NCBI GenBank assembly: GCA_040379705.1 | Contig: JBEIKR010000001.1 | Location: 13,973-77,972, forward strand | Source: Crocinitomicaceae bacterium | GTDB taxonomy: Bacteria > Bacteroidota > Bacteroidia > Flavobacteriales_D > Crocinitomicaceae | Length of the DNA stretch: 64,000 bases | Reading direction: 5' to 3' | Part shown: in pieces, positions 1-10,655 of the stretch | Layout of the letters: every line of letters starts with the position of its first letter | Position numbering within the stretch: position 1 is the first letter of the stretch | Translations under genes and position numbers: made by a program | Notes under the pieces: generated by a model | The model's input: the letters and a program-made list of their open reading frames with translations, nothing else | The model's database searches: none | Told to the model about the DNA's origin: nothing

Positions 1-511
1 CACAACCTGCTTTTTCCGCGGAACCTGCCGCCCACCATTCAGGCACATTTCCAAGGGCACTCACTGGGTCTGGTCCAACGCCCATATGACCAGCAGCGAT
101 GGAATCGACCACCCATGTTTTGTAACCAATACCACCCGTTCCGCCTGTCAGCATCCCATAAATTGGGTTGCTCAATAAAGAAAGATCATCGTTTGCAATA
201 ACAATTTGCTGTGTAGAGCTATTGCTTCCACCTTTCCCATAGACCGTTAACTTCACTGTGTATGTTCCAGCATAAGGATACGTAGCGTTTACGGTCGAAC
301 CAGATGTTTTTGTGCCATTACCAAGATCCCACATACATTGGAGGTTTGGATTTGCAGCCGTCAGCTCAATCACATTCGGACTTGTTGCTGATGGTGCATA
401 GGTAAAAAGTGCATCCGCAGCAGATGGTGCATCTCCCATTTCAGGACGATCCTTTTGACATGCACTTGCCATGAACAAGGCAATCATTGATAAAAAAAGA
501 ATTGATTTCAT
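1..511 (-). CDS. PKD-domain surface lipoprotein, partial because its C-terminal end runs off the window; lies downstream of susD in the PUL
   Basis: My reverse translation from the ATG at 511 gives MKSILFLSMIALFMASAC (lipobox) followed by WDLGNGTKTSGSTVNATYPYAGTYTVKLTV, a PKD signature. It is on the same strand as the SusD-like gene and 25 bp downstream of it. It is absent from the ORF track because it is open to the window edge. Confidence 0.6.
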   Translation of the reverse strand, partial: MKSILFLSMIALFMASACQKDRPEMGDAPSAADALFTYAPSATSPNVIELTAANPNLQCMWDLGNGTKTSGSTVNATYPYAGTYTVKLTVYGKGGSNSSTQQIVIANDDLSLLSNPIYGMLTGGTGGIGYKTWVVDSIAAGHMGVGPDPVSALGNVPEWWAAGSAEKAGC

Positions 512-535
512 AGTATCTGTCTTTTATAAATATAC

Positions 536-2002
536 TCAATATCCTGGGTTTTGGCTCCAGTTTCCACCTGCCAAATCGATTTCAACTTGGGGAATTGGGA
601 ACAATTCGTGTTTACCCACTTGGAAACCATCGATGAATTGCGCAGCCTGACCTGTTCGAACAAGGTCGAAGAAACGGTGTCCTTCACCGGAAAGTTCAAA
701 GCGACGCTCTTTGTAAATCACATCAATAGAGTTCACAGAAACACCTGGAATACCCGCACGAACACGTACTTGATTCACCAACTGTTGCGCATAAGAAGTG
801 TTTCCATTTTTGTAATGTGCCTCTGCTGCCATCAATAAGACATCTGCATAGCGAATTACTCGGTAGTTTACAGGGCTTGTCAAGTCGTTATCAGGCAATC
901 CAATTTCACCTTGACGTTTGATGTACTTGTTGTTATAGAAACCAGTATGACCTCCCGCACCAATGGCGTAAGTGATGTCTGCAGGATTTGGCTGCGCTGC
1001 GATGAATGCGTCAATATCCAAGATAGAGAATCCTCTGCGTGGATCGATGGGAGAGAATGCATCGTAACATGCTTGTGTTGGCAAGTTGTAGCTGTTTCCA
1101 TCTCCGTAAACGGGACCATTATACTGGCGAATTCCTTGGAATCCCACTGCAGCATTTCCTTCTAGACAAATTAAACAACCATAGCTTCCACCTTCAAGAC
1201 CGGTATATTCAACATCGAAAACAGTTTCACTATTATTTTCATTTGAAGCTGAGAACAACTGCTCGTAATCAGGATACAGGCTATACACTCCACTTGTAAT
1301 AACTTGATCAAATGTTGCTGCTGCTTCAACGAATTTATTCTGGTACAAATACGCTTTACCTAGTAAAGAAAGCGCAGCACCTTTTGTCGCGCGGCCTTTT
1401 TGTGTTGCCACTGGTCCTAAGATCGATGCGGCATACGTCAAATCTTCCTCGATTTGGGCATACACTTCAGATTTCGGTGAACGAGCAATTTGTGTTGCTT
1501 CTTCGATCCCAATACGCTTGTCGATAATCAACGGAACATCTCCGAAAAATTTCACCAATTCGAAGTAGTAATATGCACGAAGGAAACGTGCCTCTGCAAT
1601 GATTTTATCCTTTCCAACGAAATCGATGTTGTTTTGATTTTCAAGAATGTAATTGGCACGTGTTACTCCTGCGTAATTCCAACGAAGTACGTTTCGAAGT
1701 TCATTGTTTACCCCACCATGCGTCATGTCATCAATTTGATGCAACCCTTGTGAGTCATTCACACTTTCACCTCCAGCAATCGCATTGTCAGAAGCAATCT
1801 CACCAATCCACACCGTCAAAAAGGACGCTTGAAGCAAGTCATACGCTCCAGTCAAAGCACGCTCATAGTCTTCCTGCGTCTCGAAGAAGTTCTCCGCATC
1901 TTGTGTGTACGGGGGATCAACAGCCAAGAATTTTTTACATCCTGTAGATGTAAGCATAACTGTTGCTATGAGCAAAAACAGATAGAAATTTACTTTTCTC
2001 AT
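536..2002 (-). CDS. RagB/SusD family nutrient-uptake outer membrane lipoprotein
   Basis: 488 aa with a lipoprotein signal (LTSTGCKK). It has SusD-like TPR-rich features (ARFLRAYYYFELVKFFGDVPL, GKAYLYQNKF, RFELSGEGHRFFDLVR). It starts 4 bp after the stop of the SusC-like gene. Confidence 0.9.
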   Translation of the reverse strand: MRKVNFYLFLLIATVMLTSTGCKKFLAVDPPYTQDAENFFETQEDYERALTGAYDLLQASFLTVWIGEIASDNAIAGGESVNDSQGLHQIDDMTHGGVNNELRNVLRWNYAGVTRANYILENQNNIDFVGKDKIIAEARFLRAYYYFELVKFFGDVPLIIDKRIGIEEATQIARSPKSEVYAQIEEDLTYAASILGPVATQKGRATKGAALSLLGKAYLYQNKFVEAAATFDQVITSGVYSLYPDYEQLFSASNENNSETVFDVEYTGLEGGSYGCLICLEGNAAVGFQGIRQYNGPVYGDGNSYNLPTQACYDAFSPIDPRRGFSILDIDAFIAAQPNPADITYAIGAGGHTGFYNNKYIKRQGEIGLPDNDLTSPVNYRVIRYADVLLMAAEAHYKNGNTSYAQQLVNQVRVRAGIPGVSVNSIDVIYKERRFELSGEGHRFFDLVRTGQAAQFIDGFQVGKHELFPIPQVEIDLAGGNWSQNPGY

Positions 2003-2005
2003 CGT

Positions 2006-5000
2006 TTAAAATTTTAATTGTATACCACCCATGAATGTTCTTGCCTGCGGATAGAATCCGTAATCTACACCAGCCGAAAGTACGCTTCCTGAGCTGATGT
2101 CTGGGTCAAATCCACGGTATTTTGTTAAGGTTACAAGGTTGTTTGCTACCCCATAAATTCTCAATGATTCAATCTTGAATTTCTTCAACCATTTTGCTGG
2201 AACATTGAATCCAAGTTGCAGGTTTCTCAAGCGAATGAATGAACCATCTTCCACATAATATGAAGAGAATAAGGTGTTTCGCGTTGCGCCTGTTGTCAAA
2301 CGCGGATCTGTGTAAGACGATCCTGGTCCTGTCCAACGGTCAATCACATATGCCAACTGATTCGCATAAGGTTGCTGACGCTCGTAGTTACGTATGATTT
2401 CTTGTCCTACAGACGAGTAGATTGTACCGCCCAAGTCAAAGGCCTTGTATTTCACAGTGAAAGAGAATCCCATGGTGAAATCAGGAATAGGTGAACCTAA
2501 ATATGTTTTATCTGAATCATCTGAAAAGCTAATTTTTCCATCACCATTAACATCGACAAATTTGATGTCACCTGGCTGTGCCCCATCTTGTGTAACGGGT
2601 GAATTGTCAATTTCCTCTTGTGTTTGGTAGATTCCTTCCATTTGGTATCCAAAGAAGTAACCAATCTCATATCCTTCTTGGAAGCGTGTAGCAACATCAC
2701 CACCTACACCAAAGCTTGCACCTGGGATGTAATCCACACCATTCGGCACGCTGCGCACCTTGTTGGCGATGGTTGTAAAGTTTACACTTAAGTCTGCTGA
2801 CAATGCTTTTTTCTTGTCTGAATGATAACCCATTTCAATTTCCAATCCTTTATTGGATACATCTCCCGCATTGATGATTGGCGGATATCCACCTGGACCA
2901 TACGAACCAAGAATCGCTGTAACCTCAGGTTGGAAAAGCAAGTCGAAGGTGTTCTTGATGAAGTAGTTTGTTGTCAAGTCCAATTTCTTCCAGAAAGTCA
3001 TGTCCACTCCAGCATTGAATTGGCGTGTCGTTTCCCATTTCAAATCAGGGTTAGACGGACGACCGATTGCCACCCCTTGTGTGATCACATCATCAAAGAC
3101 ATACACTCCTTCACCATTCAACAATGCGCGGTAGGCAAAGTTTGGAATTTGGTCATTACCAGACACCCCAAAGCTCACACGCAATTTCATGTAGTCGATG
3201 AACTTCACGTTGTAAAACTTCTCATCAGAAACTAACCATGCCACTGATGCAGTAGGGAAGAATCCATAACGGTTGTTTTCACCAAACTTGCTTGAACCAT
3301 CACGGCGCAGGATGAAAGACACCATATAGCGGCTGTCGTATGCATATTCAGCACGAAGGAACGCTGACAATAAACGCTCTTGAAACTCATAAGAACCCGT
3401 ATTGTTCAAGAAACCTCCTTCTGCAGTATTTGCCGAGATGTCTGCATACTCCAATGAGTTGTTCGGGATGTTATATGCAACCCCATTCAATGAACGTCCA
3501 GAACGTTGGAATGCAGAAACTCCTAATGTTCCTTTCACACGGTGAACAGATGCAAAGGTTTGATCGAAATTTATGAAACTTTCGTATGTCAAATCGAGAA
3601 ATGTTGAACGCTCTTCATAGACTGCCGCTCCACGTTTCAAGAACACACCATCAGAGATTTCAACAAGTGGTGACTCCAAATCTGCATTCAATGCTGTATT
3701 GGCATATTTTCCATCACCGTACCATACCAATGGAGAAAATACTTTCGTATCCACAATCGCATAGTTAAAGTTCAAGCGGTTCGTAAAGGTGAAATGCTCG
3801 TTGATATCGTACACAAACTCTTCCTTACCTACAAACTTATTCGCTGTATTCCAGTTGTATTGATTTTCGATTTGCGCTACAGGATTGATGATGTCATTTA
3901 CCTGAGCTAAATAAGAGTAACTTCCATCTGCCATGTGAACAGGCTCATTTGGAAACGCGTTAATTGTATTGTACAAGACAGATCCAAGACCATTTTCGGG
4001 CAATGTACTGCGGCTGTCCGAAGAAAAAAGCAAGACAGAATTCAACTTCAGTTTTGACGTCAAATCCGTGCTTAAGTTCAAACGTGCATTGTAACGAGAG
4101 AAGTTTGCTTTGTCACCACCAACGATTCCATCCTGATTGTAATATCCTAAACCAAGTGAATATTTCGTGTTGAAGGTACCTCCACTCATACTAATGTTGT
4201 GGCTTTGCACAGGTGATGTTTGGAAGATTGAATCCTGCCAGTTTGTACCCACACCTAAGCTTGTATTGTTGAACGGTGGTGTTTGTCCTCCTGCAGCAAA
4301 CATTTCGTTTTTGATGACCGCGTACTCTCGGGCATTCAAAAGATCAAGCTTACGCGATGTTTGCTGGATTCCATAGTATCCGTTGTATTCTACCGTTGGC
4401 TTGCTATTGATTTTACCATTTTTCGTTTCAACGATGATTACCCCATTTGCAGCACGAACACCATAAATTCCTGCTGTTGCATCTTTCAATACGTTGATCG
4501 ACTTGATGTCTGATGGGTTCAATGCATTCAATCCTTCTGAATCGTACACTACTCCATCTACCAAAATCAATGGGTCATTATCACCAAACGTCGAAAGTCC
4601 ACGAATTCGAATATTCGATGAACCACCCGGTGAACCTGAGTTTGTGCTAATCGTCACCCCTGAAACTTGACCTTGCAAGGCCTGGTCCATGCGTGAAAGA
4701 TTCAATTTCTCTACATCATCCCCATTGACTTTTCCTGTTGCACCTGTAACCTCCTTGCTAGATGCCTCGCCGTAACCGACAACAACCATCTCCTCAATTT
4801 CTTGTGCATCCTGTATGAGGACCACATCAATCAACGTACGTTTACTCACAAGCACCTCTTGCTTCACAAAACCTGTGTACGAAAAGATGAGGGTTAAATT
4901 TATTGAGTCTGTCGCTTTGATGGAATACTTTCCATTAGCATCTGTCAAAACACCAGCATTCTGGCCTTTGACTTTCACACTCACATAAGGCATGCTTTCT

Positions 5001-5101
5001 TTCTTTTCATTTTTCACTGTACCCGTTACAGTAATACTTTGCGACAATGAAAAGAGCGAAATGCAACAGCCGATGAAGATTAACAGCGTTTTATTGATCA
5101 T
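2006..5101 (-). CDS. SusC/RagA family TonB-linked outer membrane protein
   Basis: 1031 aa. It has an N-terminal carboxypeptidase-regulatory-like domain (ITVTGTVKNEKKESMPYVSVKVKG..TDANGKYSI), a plug (IRIRGLSTFGDNDPLILVDGV), a long beta-barrel and a C-terminal ..GGIQLKF. It is paired with SusD. Confidence 0.92.
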   Translation of the reverse strand: MINKTLLIFIGCCISLFSLSQSITVTGTVKNEKKESMPYVSVKVKGQNAGVLTDANGKYSIKATDSINLTLIFSYTGFVKQEVLVSKRTLIDVVLIQDAQEIEEMVVVGYGEASSKEVTGATGKVNGDDVEKLNLSRMDQALQGQVSGVTISTNSGSPGGSSNIRIRGLSTFGDNDPLILVDGVVYDSEGLNALNPSDIKSINVLKDATAGIYGVRAANGVIIVETKNGKINSKPTVEYNGYYGIQQTSRKLDLLNAREYAVIKNEMFAAGGQTPPFNNTSLGVGTNWQDSIFQTSPVQSHNISMSGGTFNTKYSLGLGYYNQDGIVGGDKANFSRYNARLNLSTDLTSKLKLNSVLLFSSDSRSTLPENGLGSVLYNTINAFPNEPVHMADGSYSYLAQVNDIINPVAQIENQYNWNTANKFVGKEEFVYDINEHFTFTNRLNFNYAIVDTKVFSPLVWYGDGKYANTALNADLESPLVEISDGVFLKRGAAVYEERSTFLDLTYESFINFDQTFASVHRVKGTLGVSAFQRSGRSLNGVAYNIPNNSLEYADISANTAEGGFLNNTGSYEFQERLLSAFLRAEYAYDSRYMVSFILRRDGSSKFGENNRYGFFPTASVAWLVSDEKFYNVKFIDYMKLRVSFGVSGNDQIPNFAYRALLNGEGVYVFDDVITQGVAIGRPSNPDLKWETTRQFNAGVDMTFWKKLDLTTNYFIKNTFDLLFQPEVTAILGSYGPGGYPPIINAGDVSNKGLEIEMGYHSDKKKALSADLSVNFTTIANKVRSVPNGVDYIPGASFGVGGDVATRFQEGYEIGYFFGYQMEGIYQTQEEIDNSPVTQDGAQPGDIKFVDVNGDGKISFSDDSDKTYLGSPIPDFTMGFSFTVKYKAFDLGGTIYSSVGQEIIRNYERQQPYANQLAYVIDRWTGPGSSYTDPRLTTGATRNTLFSSYYVEDGSFIRLRNLQLGFNVPAKWLKKFKIESLRIYGVANNLVTLTKYRGFDPDISSGSVLSAGVDYGFYPQARTFMGGIQLKF

Positions 5102-5257
5102 AGCATTCGTTTAGTTGTTCGTAAAAGTAAATTATTTTTTAATTATATTACAAAGTACAATAACTTTTATTTTTCTTGCCGTAATGATGGCTTAATGCTA
5201 CAAACAAAAGGGAAAAGTGTTTGTTTCTAGTGCTTCAAACGAGAGATTTGAAAAGAA

Positions 5258-7183
5258 TTAACGGACAATTTCTATCGATCCAGAAGTATTGACTTGTGTC
5301 CCATCGAATAAGGTTGCGCTAAAGGTATACACATAGGCACCGCTGTTTAAGGGTTTACCCTTGAATGTGCCATCCCAGGTTTCCGCTTGATTGATCGACT
5401 CAAACACACGTTCCCCCCAGCGGTCATATACCGAGATTTTCATGGTTTGAATGCAATTGCCGAATACGCGAAATACATTGTTCACTGATGGCCCATTGTT
5501 ATTTGGAGAAAAGCGCGTAGGAATAAACACTTCATTGCATTCGCCAACAACAATCACCGTAATGGAAGCTGCATCGCTGCAGCCATTGGCAGTTGTGCCC
5601 GTTAGCACATACGTTGTCGTAGAGATTGGATTCGCGATCGGATTTGGACAGGCAACACAACTTAAGGTAGACGCATTTGACCAAGAATAGGTGTTTGCAC
5701 CATTCGCAGATAACTGAATGGAACCCCCGAGAGCAATGATCGGATTTGATGGAAGTACACTGACTACAGGCGCTGGATTCACTTGAATGGTTAAATCCGT
5801 TGTCGTGGCACATTGACCAGAATTCGGTGTAAAGGTATAGGTTGTTGTGCTTGATGTATTTAATGCTGGTGACCAGCTTCCTATTACTCCATTGTTAGAA
5901 GTTGTTGGAAGTGTGAATGTCTGTCCTTCACAAATTGGGTTTATCTGACTAAATGTTGGCGGCGTAGGTGTATTTACAGTGACTGTCATCGTTGTCGGAT
6001 TTGCGCACTGATTCGAATTCGGTGTAAATGTATACGTGGTGGTATTTGTCGTGTTCAACGATGGCGTCCAGTTTCCTTGTACTCCATTGTTTGACGTACT
6101 TTGCAGTGTGAATGACTGCCCTTCACAAATGGGGCTGATCTGACTGAAGGTTGGCGATGTAGCCGCATTTACTACGACAGTCATTGTAGTAGAATTTGCA
6201 CATTGTCCGGGATTAGGCGTGAATGTATGGACAATATTCCCCGTTACAGCCGTTGAGACCATACCGGGATTCCATGTACCAGTAATTCCTTCATTTGAAG
6301 TTGTTGGCAAAATGACTTGAATCAAGATGTCATTCTGGCAATAGGGTCCCCACGTGGTAAATGTTGGCGTGGTTGACGGATTGACATTGACCGTCATGGT
6401 GGTTGGACTCGCACATTGTCCTGCGCTAGGGGTGAATGTGTAGGTCGTTGATGCATTATTATTTATTGCTGGTGACCAAATTCCTGTGATCCCGTTGTTC
6501 GAAGTTGTAGGAAGCGTGAAATTTCCACCCGAGCAAATCGGTGCTACTTGGGTAAAGGATGGCGAGACAGGATTTGCACATGGATTGGCATTTGGTGGTA
6601 GGATACAGCAATTTCCACCAGCCGAAACATTTACCGTTTGATTGATCCAGCAGTTGTATTGCGTTTGGTGAAAACGCAAGATTCCTCCTGTTGCATTCAA
6701 AAAATAATAGACAACCTCATCGGGTGTATTGCCACCGCCGGCATTTGTCAAGGTATCACATAAACCAGCAACGCCGAGCATCCCACCTCCCCAAGGTCCG
6801 GAGCCATTTCCATGCGCAGGTGTGTAGCCCACTGATGGGGGATTCATCGCTGGATTTATTGTTGTGATCCCAGCGGGAACACCGGTTATTGTCGTTGGAT
6901 AATTGCCTAAATTGCAGTTGTTGTTGTTTTGCGATGAATTGAATCCAGCATAGATCACCTGGGTGATATTGCCGACAAACGGTCCTGTGAAGTTCACTTG
7001 AATGGGCTCATAGGTGCAAATCCCCACCTTTAAATTGGGGATGTTTTGATCCACGTTGATGGTAAGAATTCCGCCATCGTAATTGGAATAAATGATCAAG
7101 TTTCCTGAAGGATTGCAGATTTGTGCTGTTCCTTTCAAAGACAAAAAGAAAAAAGCAAGAACGAAAAAACTAAGATTTTTCAT
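5258..7183 (-). CDS. T9SS type B sorting-domain (gliding-motility C-terminal domain, CHU_C) secreted protein with 4 internal about 85-aa repeats
   Basis: It has a signal peptide. There are four modules of the form PTF.QI.PICEGQ.FTL..TSNNG..G.W.P.LN...TTTYTFTPN..QCA..T..TV.VN. The C-terminus IPTRFSPNNNG...VYDRWGERVFES...WDGTFKGKPL..GAYVY matches the type B CTD. Confidence 0.85.
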   Translation of the reverse strand: MKNLSFFVLAFFFLSLKGTAQICNPSGNLIIYSNYDGGILTINVDQNIPNLKVGICTYEPIQVNFTGPFVGNITQVIYAGFNSSQNNNNCNLGNYPTTITGVPAGITTINPAMNPPSVGYTPAHGNGSGPWGGGMLGVAGLCDTLTNAGGGNTPDEVVYYFLNATGGILRFHQTQYNCWINQTVNVSAGGNCCILPPNANPCANPVSPSFTQVAPICSGGNFTLPTTSNNGITGIWSPAINNNASTTYTFTPSAGQCASPTTMTVNVNPSTTPTFTTWGPYCQNDILIQVILPTTSNEGITGTWNPGMVSTAVTGNIVHTFTPNPGQCANSTTMTVVVNAATSPTFSQISPICEGQSFTLQSTSNNGVQGNWTPSLNTTNTTTYTFTPNSNQCANPTTMTVTVNTPTPPTFSQINPICEGQTFTLPTTSNNGVIGSWSPALNTSSTTTYTFTPNSGQCATTTDLTIQVNPAPVVSVLPSNPIIALGGSIQLSANGANTYSWSNASTLSCVACPNPIANPISTTTYVLTGTTANGCSDAASITVIVVGECNEVFIPTRFSPNNNGPSVNNVFRVFGNCIQTMKISVYDRWGERVFESINQAETWDGTFKGKPLNSGAYVYTFSATLFDGTQVNTSGSIEIVR

Positions 7184-7257
7184 AGCAAGTCAAAAAAGTA
7201 CAGGATAAAAATAGTGTCAAAAGGCATTCAATCAACCAATTGGACAAAACTTAATAT

Positions 7258-8580
7258 TTACAATTTTCCGAGTGCTTTCTTGTGATTCAATGCTGATTTA
7301 AGTGCCTGCTCTGTCGCATTCAATAGGTTCTTCATGATCGCTGTGTATTCCGCATTCAATTTGGCCAAGTCCGCGCTCGATGCAGCACCAAGCGCAACCT
7401 TCTCCGTCATGCTCTTTTCACGCAGTAGGTAGGCATCCAATTCTTTAGAACGCAACTTCATTTCGAATTGAGCCAAACGGTAATTGTTTTGACTTTCAAT
7501 AATTTCGCTTTGTGCTTGAAGCTCCAAATCACTCATACGTGCTTTGCTTTTTTCCATCTCCAGCTGTGCGATTTTTGTCGCTTGCATGCGGTAACCACCT
7601 TGGAAAATACTCAGTTTAAGTTCAACACCCACATACGAATAGGCATACCAAGGATTGGCACTCATGAGGTCGAATGTCTGGCGGAAGGCCTGCGTAGCCA
7701 AGCGACAATTCATATTGATGGTTGGCAAGTAATTCCATTTTGCCGCGTTAGAGATTTGCAGCAATTCACTAGATGTTTGTTGTGCCAATCGCACGTCAGG
7801 ACGGTTGGAAATATCTGTTTCTGTGTACAATACTGCATATGACGAAAGCAAAGATGTGTTACTCACCGTAACAAGCGTTCCATCTAACTTACCCGTAATT
7901 CGTTCAATTTTAGCAACCGTGTTTTCCATTTGAATGGCGTTGAGTTCACGGTTGTAGGTACTCAATTCAACATCCACGGCAGCTTGTTCAACATCGATTT
8001 CAGTCGCCGTTCCTTTCGATAATTTCTGTGTTGTTGACGTCAGGATTTCTTTCTTCGCTAATTCTTGTTGACGGTAAATCGCATCCAAAGACTGAAGGGT
8101 AGATAACTGAAAATAAAGAAGGGAAATGTCGTAGGTCAGCTGTTGTTTGCGGTTTTCCAAATCGATCATTGCTTTGGTTCGCTTTATTCCAGCCAGTTTA
8201 CGGTTGGCCCATGCAGTTGCATTGATTAGCGGCATTGACCCGTCAAATGCCAGATTTGCATTCCAAGGGGTTCCTTGTAAGAGCCGTTTGTATCCACCGT
8301 CTGTACCTCCAAAGGCACTTGTCGGCAAAATGAAAGACTGCTGTTTTACATTGTAGCGCGTATCGAAACTCATGTCCAGCTTCGGCAATAGTGCAGAAAG
8401 TGACTGAGCATGTTGCAGTTGGTAAATCTGAGAATCCATTTGAGCAATGGAATACAATGGATCGTTTTTCAGTGCTACATTCACCAATTCATCAATCGTG
8501 TACGTCGCTTTCGGCGTTTGCTGTGAGAAAAATACTGACGTGTCAATGAGCAGGCTAAAAAGCAGAATATATTTCATCAT
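7258..8580 (-). CDS. TolC-family outer membrane efflux protein
   Basis: 440 aa with a signal peptide and two coiled-coil/beta repeats typical of OEP family proteins. It is the last gene of the ABC exporter operon, with a 4-bp gap to the permease gene. Confidence 0.8.
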   Translation of the reverse strand: MMKYILLFSLLIDTSVFFSQQTPKATYTIDELVNVALKNDPLYSIAQMDSQIYQLQHAQSLSALLPKLDMSFDTRYNVKQQSFILPTSAFGGTDGGYKRLLQGTPWNANLAFDGSMPLINATAWANRKLAGIKRTKAMIDLENRKQQLTYDISLLYFQLSTLQSLDAIYRQQELAKKEILTSTTQKLSKGTATEIDVEQAAVDVELSTYNRELNAIQMENTVAKIERITGKLDGTLVTVSNTSLLSSYAVLYTETDISNRPDVRLAQQTSSELLQISNAAKWNYLPTINMNCRLATQAFRQTFDLMSANPWYAYSYVGVELKLSIFQGGYRMQATKIAQLEMEKSKARMSDLELQAQSEIIESQNNYRLAQFEMKLRSKELDAYLLREKSMTEKVALGAASSADLAKLNAEYTAIMKNLLNATEQALKSALNHKKALGKL

Positions 8581-8584
8581 ATTT

Positions 8585-9718
8585 TTAAGTTCTAAACACG
8601 GAAGCAGGTTCCAATTTGGCGATGCGGCGAATGGCGAACAAGGTTCCTGAAATGGAGATTACCGCAGTGATGACAAAGAAGGCAAACTTGACCGCCGGTG
8701 GGAACGAGAAGAGGGTTCCAGCGTTGGCAATTCCATTTCGGAATCCTTCGATGAGCGCATAACCTATCATGAAACCAACAATGGCATACAACATGGCTTG
8801 CATGAGAATCAATTTTCGGATATAGCCATTTGTTGCGCCAATCGCCTTGAGCGTTCCGTAATCCTTGATGCGGTCGATCGCTGCAGAATAAAGTGTAAGT
8901 CCGATTATGATAAAGCCTGAAATCAAGGCGAAGATGATCAAGGTACCAAAGGAGAAGGCAATCCCACTGGATTTTAATACCGTAAGAATCGTTTGATTTT
9001 TAAACTCCTTCGGCATCCAAGCCTTTACACCTGGGATATTCGCGTTGATGTAATTCACCACCTCTTGCATGTTTTTGTCATCATCGACCTTCACCAAAAA
9101 TGCGGAGGTTTTATTCACGGGCACATTTCCCAAAAAGCGCGCACGAGCGATGGTGGTATAGGAAATCAATCCACCGCCAAAAGATCGAGCGCCCTTTGTT
9201 ACAGCAGCGATGTACACCTGCTTGCCGTTGATTTCAAAGTAGGCACCTTTTTCAGGATTACCTAAGGCCTTGCCGTCGAAAAAATCGACCGACACTGCTC
9301 CATCTGGAATTAAATCATGTGCTTCACCATCGAAGATGATTCCATCTTGGACGCCATTAAATTCGGGCAGTTCCACCCCTACAACGCTCATCCCAGCGGA
9401 TGTCCCATCATTGAAGCGCGCTGCTCCTGCGGAAATCACCAACTGATGTGCTTTTGCCACATGAGGTAAACTTTCTATTTCATAACCTAGTCGCACATCG
9501 ATCGGTGCTAGAGCATTTACGTTTTCTGTTTTGTTGTCCGTTACCCACACATAGCCATCATTCACCCGCACGAAATAACACATGGCATTGGTCAGGAAGG
9601 TGAAAATTCCCGTTTGCTGGCCAATCAAGAAGATCGAAATAATGACACCGAAGAGCGCACCAATGCTCTTTGGTTTATCAAACTTCATGAATTTAAGTGC
9701 GGTAAAAAGCAGCTGCAT
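8585..9718 (-). CDS. ABC exporter permease, FtsX/DevC-like
   Basis: 377 aa with an N-terminal TM helix, a large periplasmic domain and a C-terminal FtsX-type 3-TM bundle (LIIFALISGFIIIGLTLYSAAIDRIKDYGTLKAIGATNGYI). It sits between the adaptor and TolC genes. Confidence 0.8.
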   Translation of the reverse strand: MQLLFTALKFMKFDKPKSIGALFGVIISIFLIGQQTGIFTFLTNAMCYFVRVNDGYVWVTDNKTENVNALAPIDVRLGYEIESLPHVAKAHQLVISAGAARFNDGTSAGMSVVGVELPEFNGVQDGIIFDGEAHDLIPDGAVSVDFFDGKALGNPEKGAYFEINGKQVYIAAVTKGARSFGGGLISYTTIARARFLGNVPVNKTSAFLVKVDDDKNMQEVVNYINANIPGVKAWMPKEFKNQTILTVLKSSGIAFSFGTLIIFALISGFIIIGLTLYSAAIDRIKDYGTLKAIGATNGYIRKLILMQAMLYAIVGFMIGYALIEGFRNGIANAGTLFSFPPAVKFAFFVITAVISISGTLFAIRRIAKLEPASVFRT

Positions 9719-9721
9719 GGT

Positions 9722-10654
9722 TTACAGTTTAATGATGCATTCCACGCGACTGCCGATCAATACAGCGGAAGGATTGTCTACACGAACTCGCACCTCACGC
9801 ACACGACGGTCTTCGAGGTTGTCGGCACGGTCGCTGAAGATCGATTTCTTCGACAGGTATGGCGCACAATACACAACAGTTCCTGAAGTAAGTGTTTGTT
9901 TTGTTCCTTGCAAATTGATGGAAACACGTTGTCCTTCTTTCACTTTCAAGGCGTACAATTCATCCACTTCTGTGATTGCTATCAATCCACCCGCAGGAGC
10001 AAAATCACCGAGTTTGGTTCCAGCACCAATGGCTTGTCCAAGTTTCACATCCCAGTTGAGCATCATTCCGTCTGCTGGAGCGTAAATGCGTTTTTTGTCG
10101 CGCATCTTGCTTAAATAGTTTGTTTCTGCACTGACTTCATTCACCCCAGATTTCGCTTCTTGCAAATCTGCTTGCGCAATGATTAAGTCTGCGCGCAGGT
10201 TATTGTAAGCTGTTTCCGAATCTGTCGCTGCCTTTTCTGTTCCAGCTTTCGCATCCGCAAGGGCACGATCTCTTTTGCGTTCAACATCTGCAGCTTCGAC
10301 CTTTATTTTAATGGCTTCCACTTTCGCTTGCAGGCTATTCACCCGTTGATTGCGTGTTGCTAATTTTGATGCGCTTTGTTCCACTTGTGCCGATTCAGCG
10401 CTTTCGTCCAAAAGCATGATGAGTTGTCCTTTCTTCACGGGCTCTCCTTCTCTCACTAAGATTTCTACTACTCTACCAGAAATTTCAGCCCCAATCGGAC
10501 AAATTTTATTCTCTGGTTCGATGCGTGCGATACCCACCAACTCCTTGACATTTTTCAAATTGTAGTCCGCGGATTTCTTCTTCGGTTCTTCTTTTTTTCC
10601 ACCACAGGCTGCGAGGAGTATTAGTCCAGCGAGGACCAACAGGTTGTTTTTCAT
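9722..10654 (-). CDS. HlyD/DevB-type periplasmic adaptor lipoprotein
   Basis: It shows a coiled-coil hairpin plus a barrel-sandwich pattern. I chose the start MKNNLLVLAGLILLAACGG (lipobox) at 10654, one nt after the ATPase stop. The ORF-track start at 10675 would overlap the ATPase gene. Confidence 0.8.
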   Translation of the reverse strand: MKNNLLVLAGLILLAACGGKKEEPKKKSADYNLKNVKELVGIARIEPENKICPIGAEISGRVVEILVREGEPVKKGQLIMLLDESAESAQVEQSASKLATRNQRVNSLQAKVEAIKIKVEAADVERKRDRALADAKAGTEKAATDSETAYNNLRADLIIAQADLQEAKSGVNEVSAETNYLSKMRDKKRIYAPADGMMLNWDVKLGQAIGAGTKLGDFAPAGGLIAITEVDELYALKVKEGQRVSINLQGTKQTLTSGTVVYCAPYLSKKSIFSDRADNLEDRRVREVRVRVDNPSAVLIGSRVECIIKL

Positions 10655-10655
10655 A

